Origin: Hyperthermus butylicus DSM 5456
Lineage (GTDB): Archaea; Thermoproteota; Thermoprotei_A; Sulfolobales; Pyrodictiaceae
Direction: 5' to 3'
Length of the DNA: 32,000 nucleotides
NCBI RefSeq assembly: GCF_000015145.1
Contig: NC_008818.1
Coordinates: 1,290,001 to 1,322,000 of the forward strand
This document shows positions 27,653-32,000 of the stretch, piece by piece. The notes beneath the pieces are model-generated. The model did not search any database and was not told the DNA's origin. It was given only the letters and a program-made list of their open reading frames with translations. Every line of letters begins with the position of its first letter. Positions within the stretch are counted from its first letter, which is position 1. The position numbers and the translations under genes were made by a program.

Positions 27653-27711
27653 GTGTTGCTGAGCCACACGTCTCGCCCAGTATTTGGCTCCCTGTCTCCT
27701 CTCCTGGCTCG

Positions 27712-27756
27712 CCGAGGTCCCTCCCCTACTCAGCTTATTAGGGGTGGGGGCCTCGG
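27712..27756 (+). other. Strong hairpin in L19e-L18 spacer
   Basis: CCGAGG-T-CCC-T-CCCCT-(12-nt loop)-AGGGG-T-GGG-GG-CCTCGG, about 14 paired positions. Confidence 0.5.
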
Positions 27757-27804
27757 TTCCACGGCTCTGGGTGCTAGGCTAGAGGGGCACTGTGGTGGAG
27801 CATT

Positions 27805-28440
27805 ATGGCGCATGGCCCTCGCTACAAGGTGCCCAGGCGTAGGCGGAGGGAGGGTAAGACAAACTACTACAAGCGCTACGTAATGGTTCTCTCGGGTAAG
27901 CCCAGGTTCGTTGTCAGGAGGACTAACCAGTACATCTGGGTACAAGTGATAATAGCTAAGCCCCAGGGTGACGTCACGGTGGCAGCTGCTCATAGCAGGG
28001 AGCTGGTAAAGAAGTATGGCTGGCTGGGTGGCACCAAGAACACTCCTGCTGCCTACCTGACTGGGCTCCTAGCAGCGCTTCGTGCACTCAAGGCCGGCAT
28101 AACCTACGCAGTTCTCGACATTGGCCTGCACAGGCCGACGCGTGGTGCTCGCGTCTTCGCAGCTCTCAAGGGCGCCCTGGATGCTGGCCTGGAGATACCT
28201 CACAGCGAGGAGGTGCTCCCCGAGGAGTACCGTATACGTGGCGAGCACATAGCAAAGTATGCTGCAATGCTGAAGGAGCAGAACCCGGAGCTCTACGAGA
28301 AACGGTTTAGCCTATACCTCGCCCGTGGCTTAAACCCTGAGGACCTGCCGCAGCACTTTGAGGAGGTTAAGAATAAAATCCTAGAGGAGTACCGTGAGGT
28401 TCTTGAGAAGGTTAAGGCAGAAGCTGCTGTGGAGGCGTGA
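27805..28440 (+). CDS. rpl18: 50S ribosomal protein L18
   Basis: [67 protein letters not shown]. Confidence 0.95.
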
Positions 28441-29087
28441 TAGCGATGAGCCTCTCGCCCTATGAGCTGGAGCAGGAATGGCAGCCGAGAACCTACGTTG
28501 GCAGGCTAGTGAAGGAGGGGCGTATACGCAGCCTCTCAGAAATCTTCGAGAAGAACCTGCCAATACTGGAGCCCGAGATAGTAGACTACCTAATAGGCCC
28601 GGAGCTGAAGTCCGAGACTGTCGATGTTAGGCTCGTGCAGAAGATGACTGATGCAGGTAGGATTAACAGGTTCAGGGTAGTCGTCGTCATAGGTAATGAG
28701 AACGGTTTTGTGGGTGTGGGCCAGGGTAAGGCCAGGCAGCTAGCCGTGGCTATAGAGAAGGCTATACGCAACGCAAAGCTCAACATAATCCCTGTCCGCA
28801 GAGGCTGCGGCAGCTGGGAGTGTCTCTGCAGCGAGCCACACAGCGTACCCTTCACGGTGCGGGGGAAGAGTGGCAGCGTTGAGGTGATCCTAAAGCCAGC
28901 GCCGAGGGGTACCGGGCTGGTGGCAGGTGACGCTGCTAAGGTTGTGCTGAGGCTTGCAGGTATAAGGGATGTCTGGAGCTTCACCAAGGGAGACACTAGG
29001 ACAACCATAAACTTTGTCAAGGCAACCTACAACGCGCTCAAACAGACATACAAGTTCGTAACACCACTAGACTGGGCGCGCACCTAG
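28437..29087 (+). CDS. rps5: 30S ribosomal protein S5
   Basis: [84 protein letters not shown]. Confidence 0.96.
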
Positions 29088-29118
29088 GCAGAGCAGGGGC
29101 TCTGGGGGTGAGTGAGGA

Positions 29119-29673
29119 GTGACGGCTGTGGCTGCTGCACGCGAGGCTGAGAAGAAAGAGGAGGGACAGAAGCAGGTAAAGCTCTACGCGATAATAAGGA
29201 TACGTGGCCGCGTCGATGTACACCCAGACGTCGAGTATACGCTTAAGCTGCTAAGGCTACACCGTAAGTTCCACCTAGTACTCTACCCGTCGACGCTGCC
29301 GGGCATCGAAAGGATGATACATAAGGTGAAGGACTGGGTTACATGGGGCGAAATAGACCGTGATACGCTGGTAGAGCTGTTGAGGAGGAGGGGCAGGATA
29401 TCTGGTAACAAGCCTCTAACAGACGAGTATGTACAGGAGAAGCTAGGGCTCAAGGGCGGTATAGAGGAGCTTGCCGACAAGCTGCTCAAGGGAGAAATAA
29501 TGCTCCACAAGCTCTACGACAAGCAGAAGAAGATATGGATAATCAAGCCGGTATTCCGGCTACACCCGCCAAGAGGCGGCTTCAAGGGCAGCATCAAGAA
29601 GCCCTATGGCGCAGGCGGCGAGCTAGGCTACCGCGGGCCAGCGATAAACGAGCTTATAAGACGCATGCTCTAA
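29119..29673 (+). CDS. rpl30: 50S ribosomal protein L30
   Basis: [64 protein letters not shown]; C-terminal [28 protein letters not shown]. Confidence 0.94.
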   Translation: MTAVAAAREAEKKEEGQKQVKLYAIIRIRGRVDVHPDVEYTLKLLRLHRKFHLVLYPSTLPGIERMIHKVKDWVTWGEIDRDTLVELLRRRGRISGNKPLTDEYVQEKLGLKGGIEELADKLLKGEIMLHKLYDKQKKIWIIKPVFRLHPPRGGFKGSIKKPYGAGGELGYRGPAINELIRRML

Positions 29674-29704
29674 CAAGGCTAGGCACTGTGGGGGTGCCTG
29701 ATTC

Positions 29705-30160
29705 ATGGTTGTGCGTAGGAGGAAAAAGAGTCGCCACCTAAGAGGCAGAACCAGGACGATGGGCTGGGGTCGTATAGGTCAGCATAGGGGTAGCGGTAGC
29801 AGGGGAGGCTTTGGCGCTGCCGGCATGCACAAGCACATGTGGACCTGGGTAGTAAAGTACGCTCCAACATGGTTCGGCAAGCATGGCTTCAACAGGCCAC
29901 AGATATACGAGCTCAAGGCGTCAGAGATAAACGTTGGAGAGCTGGCTGAGAAGCTTGATGCATGGCTAAGGGAAGGTGTTGCCAAGCAGGAGGAGGGTAA
30001 GATAGTGGTGAACCTTGCAGAGCTAGGCTACGCGAAGCTGCTAGGACGCGGCAAGATAACAAGGCCAGTAAAGGTCATAGTACCCGCAGCGACGGAACGT
30101 GCTGTCAAGAAGATAGAGGAGGCTGGCGGCGAAGTAGTAATACTCAAGCAGCAAGGGTAA
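29705..30160 (+). CDS. rpl15: 50S ribosomal protein L15
   Basis: VVRRRKKSRHLRGRTRTMGWGRIGQHRGSGSRGGFGAAGMHKHMWTWVVKYAPTWFGKHGF. Confidence 0.95.
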   Translation: MVVRRRKKSRHLRGRTRTMGWGRIGQHRGSGSRGGFGAAGMHKHMWTWVVKYAPTWFGKHGFNRPQIYELKASEINVGELAEKLDAWLREGVAKQEEGKIVVNLAELGYAKLLGRGKITRPVKVIVPAATERAVKKIEEAGGEVVILKQQG

Positions 30161-30383
30161 CGCTGTTTCTCGAGTCCTGCAGCTCCTCCTTTCTGCTCTA
30201 CACGTGTGTTCGCACATCTTGAACCAGCTTTGCCCTATGCCGGGGGCCTCTTCTGGTTCTTCTGCCCAAGCTTGCCGGGCCTTTCCTCTCCTTAGGCCTG
30301 GTTGATGTGCTTGTGCTACTGTTTGGCTGTATGAGTAGGGTCTATATACTGGCTACTTCACTGCTAGCGCGCGGGCTAGGCTT

Positions 30384-31778
30384 ATGGGCGTCTTGGAGGT
30401 TTTGGCTGAGGTTTCGCGGTATATACCGGCGGCTGCCAAGCCTGCTAGGAGGCCAACACTACCAACGAGGCTTATGTGGACTGGTCTCGTGGTGCTACTC
30501 TACCTTATCATGAGCGAGATACCACTAGTGGGCGTTTACGGGTATGGGCAGGCTACCCAGGCAACTCTAATGTCGATGCTTCTAGGCATGAATATTGGTA
30601 CGTTGATGACGCTTGGTATAGGCCCCATAGTAACTGCTGGCATCGTGCTAGAGGTGCTGGTTGGCGGCAAGCTGATAGAGCTAGACCTAACCAAGCCTAG
30701 GGACCGTAAGATATTCATGGGTGCCCAGCGCACCCTAGCGCTGCTCTTCGCGCTGCTCGAAGCGGCAGCTTATGTAATCGGGTGCCGGTTCTGGATATCA
30801 GCCTTTGCTAGTAGCCCGGAGGTGTGTCCGCCAATATCAACAGCGGTGAAGATAATTGTTGTGTTACAGTTAGTCTTTGCAACACTAGTACTAATGTGGT
30901 TCGACGAAATGATCCGCAACGGCTGGGGTATAGGCTCGGCGCTCAGCCTGTTCATTGTGGCTAGCGTGGTTAAGGGATTGTTCTGGCAGCTGGCAGGGTC
31001 AACCAAGGTTGCTACGCCGGAGGGACAGCCAGTATACTATGGTTGGCTAGCCCACGTGGTCTCAACCGGCGACCTCGGCGTGCTGAGGCGCGGCATGCCA
31101 GACATGGTTGGGTTCCTGGCGACAATAGCGATCATAATGGTGCTGATATACTTCCAGCTTATGAGGGTCTACATACCGGTCACCAGCCCGAGGTATGGCA
31201 GCATAAAGACTAGGATACCGCTAAACTTCATCTACGTGACAAACATCCCTATACTATTCGTAGCCATAGCAGTCTCAGACATCAAGGTATTCGAGATCGT
31301 AATAGCTAGCTTACTCGGCGCCGACAACCCCCTAGTGAGGGGCATGGATGTACTATACAACTATGTGAGCCCACCTCGTGGCCTCTTAGCGGCGGTTGCT
31401 GACCCGCTACGAACACTAACCTTCGCCCTGGCATGGCTAGCACTAGGCCTTCTCTTCGGCTTTATCTGGGTTGAGATAGCAGGCCTCAGTCCGAGGCAGC
31501 AGGCAGAAAACCTGATAAAATCTGGCATGGAGCTCCCCGGTATACGCAAGAATGTCAAGCTGCTTGAGCGCATACTAGCACGCTACATCTACCCGCTAAC
31601 AGTGATAAGCTCACTGCTAGTAACAACGATGGCCATACTAGCAGACGTGTTCGGCGCCTACGGCACAGGCTCGGGCCTAGTACTACTCGTAGGTATAATC
31701 TACAACTTCTACCAGGCCCTGGTATACGAGCGTACGCTAGAGATGTACCCAACGCTACAGAGGCTACTAGGCCGCTGA
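30384..31778 (+). CDS. secY: Preprotein translocase subunit SecY
   Basis: 464 aa polytopic protein: LPTRLMWTGLVVLLYLIMSEIPLVGVYG, GIGPIVTAGIVLEVLVGGKLIELDLTKPRDR, RYGSIKTRIPLNFIYVTNIPILF. Confidence 0.96.
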   Translation: MGVLEVLAEVSRYIPAAAKPARRPTLPTRLMWTGLVVLLYLIMSEIPLVGVYGYGQATQATLMSMLLGMNIGTLMTLGIGPIVTAGIVLEVLVGGKLIELDLTKPRDRKIFMGAQRTLALLFALLEAAAYVIGCRFWISAFASSPEVCPPISTAVKIIVVLQLVFATLVLMWFDEMIRNGWGIGSALSLFIVASVVKGLFWQLAGSTKVATPEGQPVYYGWLAHVVSTGDLGVLRRGMPDMVGFLATIAIIMVLIYFQLMRVYIPVTSPRYGSIKTRIPLNFIYVTNIPILFVAIAVSDIKVFEIVIASLLGADNPLVRGMDVLYNYVSPPRGLLAAVADPLRTLTFALAWLALGLLFGFIWVEIAGLSPRQQAENLIKSGMELPGIRKNVKLLERILARYIYPLTVISSLLVTTMAILADVFGAYGTGSGLVLLVGIIYNFYQALVYERTLEMYPTLQRLLGR

Positions 31779-31795
31779 CGCAGCTCCTCCCCTTC

Positions 31796-31821
31796 CTGGG
31801 CTCAGGTTTTTATGAGCCCAG
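31796..31821 (+). terminator. Hairpin downstream of secY (possible terminator or processing signal)
   Basis: Perfect 9-bp inverted repeat CTGGGCTCA-ggttttta-TGAGCCCAG, 17 nt after the secY stop. Confidence 0.4.
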
Positions 31822-31892
31822 CTCCTCCGGCCCTGCTTGCCCGGGAAACTGGAGCCCAATACACCCATGCCCGGCGCTCTGGGTGTAGGGCT

Positions 31893-32000
31893 ATGGTTCT
31901 CCGAAACCCCTTCATAACAGTGATTGTCACCGGCGTGCCTGGTGTGGGTAAGACAACGGTCCTGGGCAGGGTTGCAGAGAAGCTTCGCAGCAAGGGTGTA
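31893..32000 (+). CDS. adkA: Archaeal adenylate kinase (AdkA), N-terminal part, truncated by window end
   Basis: MVLRNPFITVIVTGVPGVGKTTVLGRVAEKLRSKGV... runs open to base 32000; typical position after secY. Confidence 0.85.
   Translation, partial: MVLRNPFITVIVTGVPGVGKTTVLGRVAEKLRSKGV

Noticed and set aside
1-32000. CRISPR arrays, insertion sequences, integrated viral or plasmid elements
   Set aside because: No regularly spaced repeats, transposase or integrase motifs, or tRNA-flanking attachment sites were seen by eye. The Ced-like cluster looks chromosomal.

Overview
The window looks like crenarchaeal chromosome, probably Desulfurococcales/Pyrodictiaceae-like. This is inferred from protein content and AGG/AGA/ATA-rich codon usage, with no database search. 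Left part: PCNA, a probable RNA polymerase subunit Rpo13, a polytopic HerA/VirB4-type ATPase, an Lhr-type helicase, and a compact four-gene membrane/ATPase cluster (7204-10460) that matches the architecture of the crenarchaeal Ced DNA-import system. Middle part: L2-S19 displaced from the S10/spc superoperon, a SAM methyltransferase, a MoxR-VWA pair, a YkgJ-like Cys-rich protein and a SPOUT-type methyltransferase. Right part: the long ribosomal superoperon L3-L4-L23-[gap]-L22-S3-L29-Rpp29-S17-L14-L24-S4e-L5-S14-S8-L6-L32e-L19e-L18-S5-L30-L15-SecY-Adk(partial). S14 is absent from the supplied ORF track but is present. Reading the non-coding DNA gave three good and one weaker candidate C/D-box guide sRNA, with correct box spacing and terminal K-turn stems. 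For two of them both guides resemble nearby rRNA segments recalled from memory. The L2-S19 cassette is missing from its usual position, where a structured 430-nt spacer now sits. No tRNA, rRNA, CRISPR array or insertion sequence could be supported.
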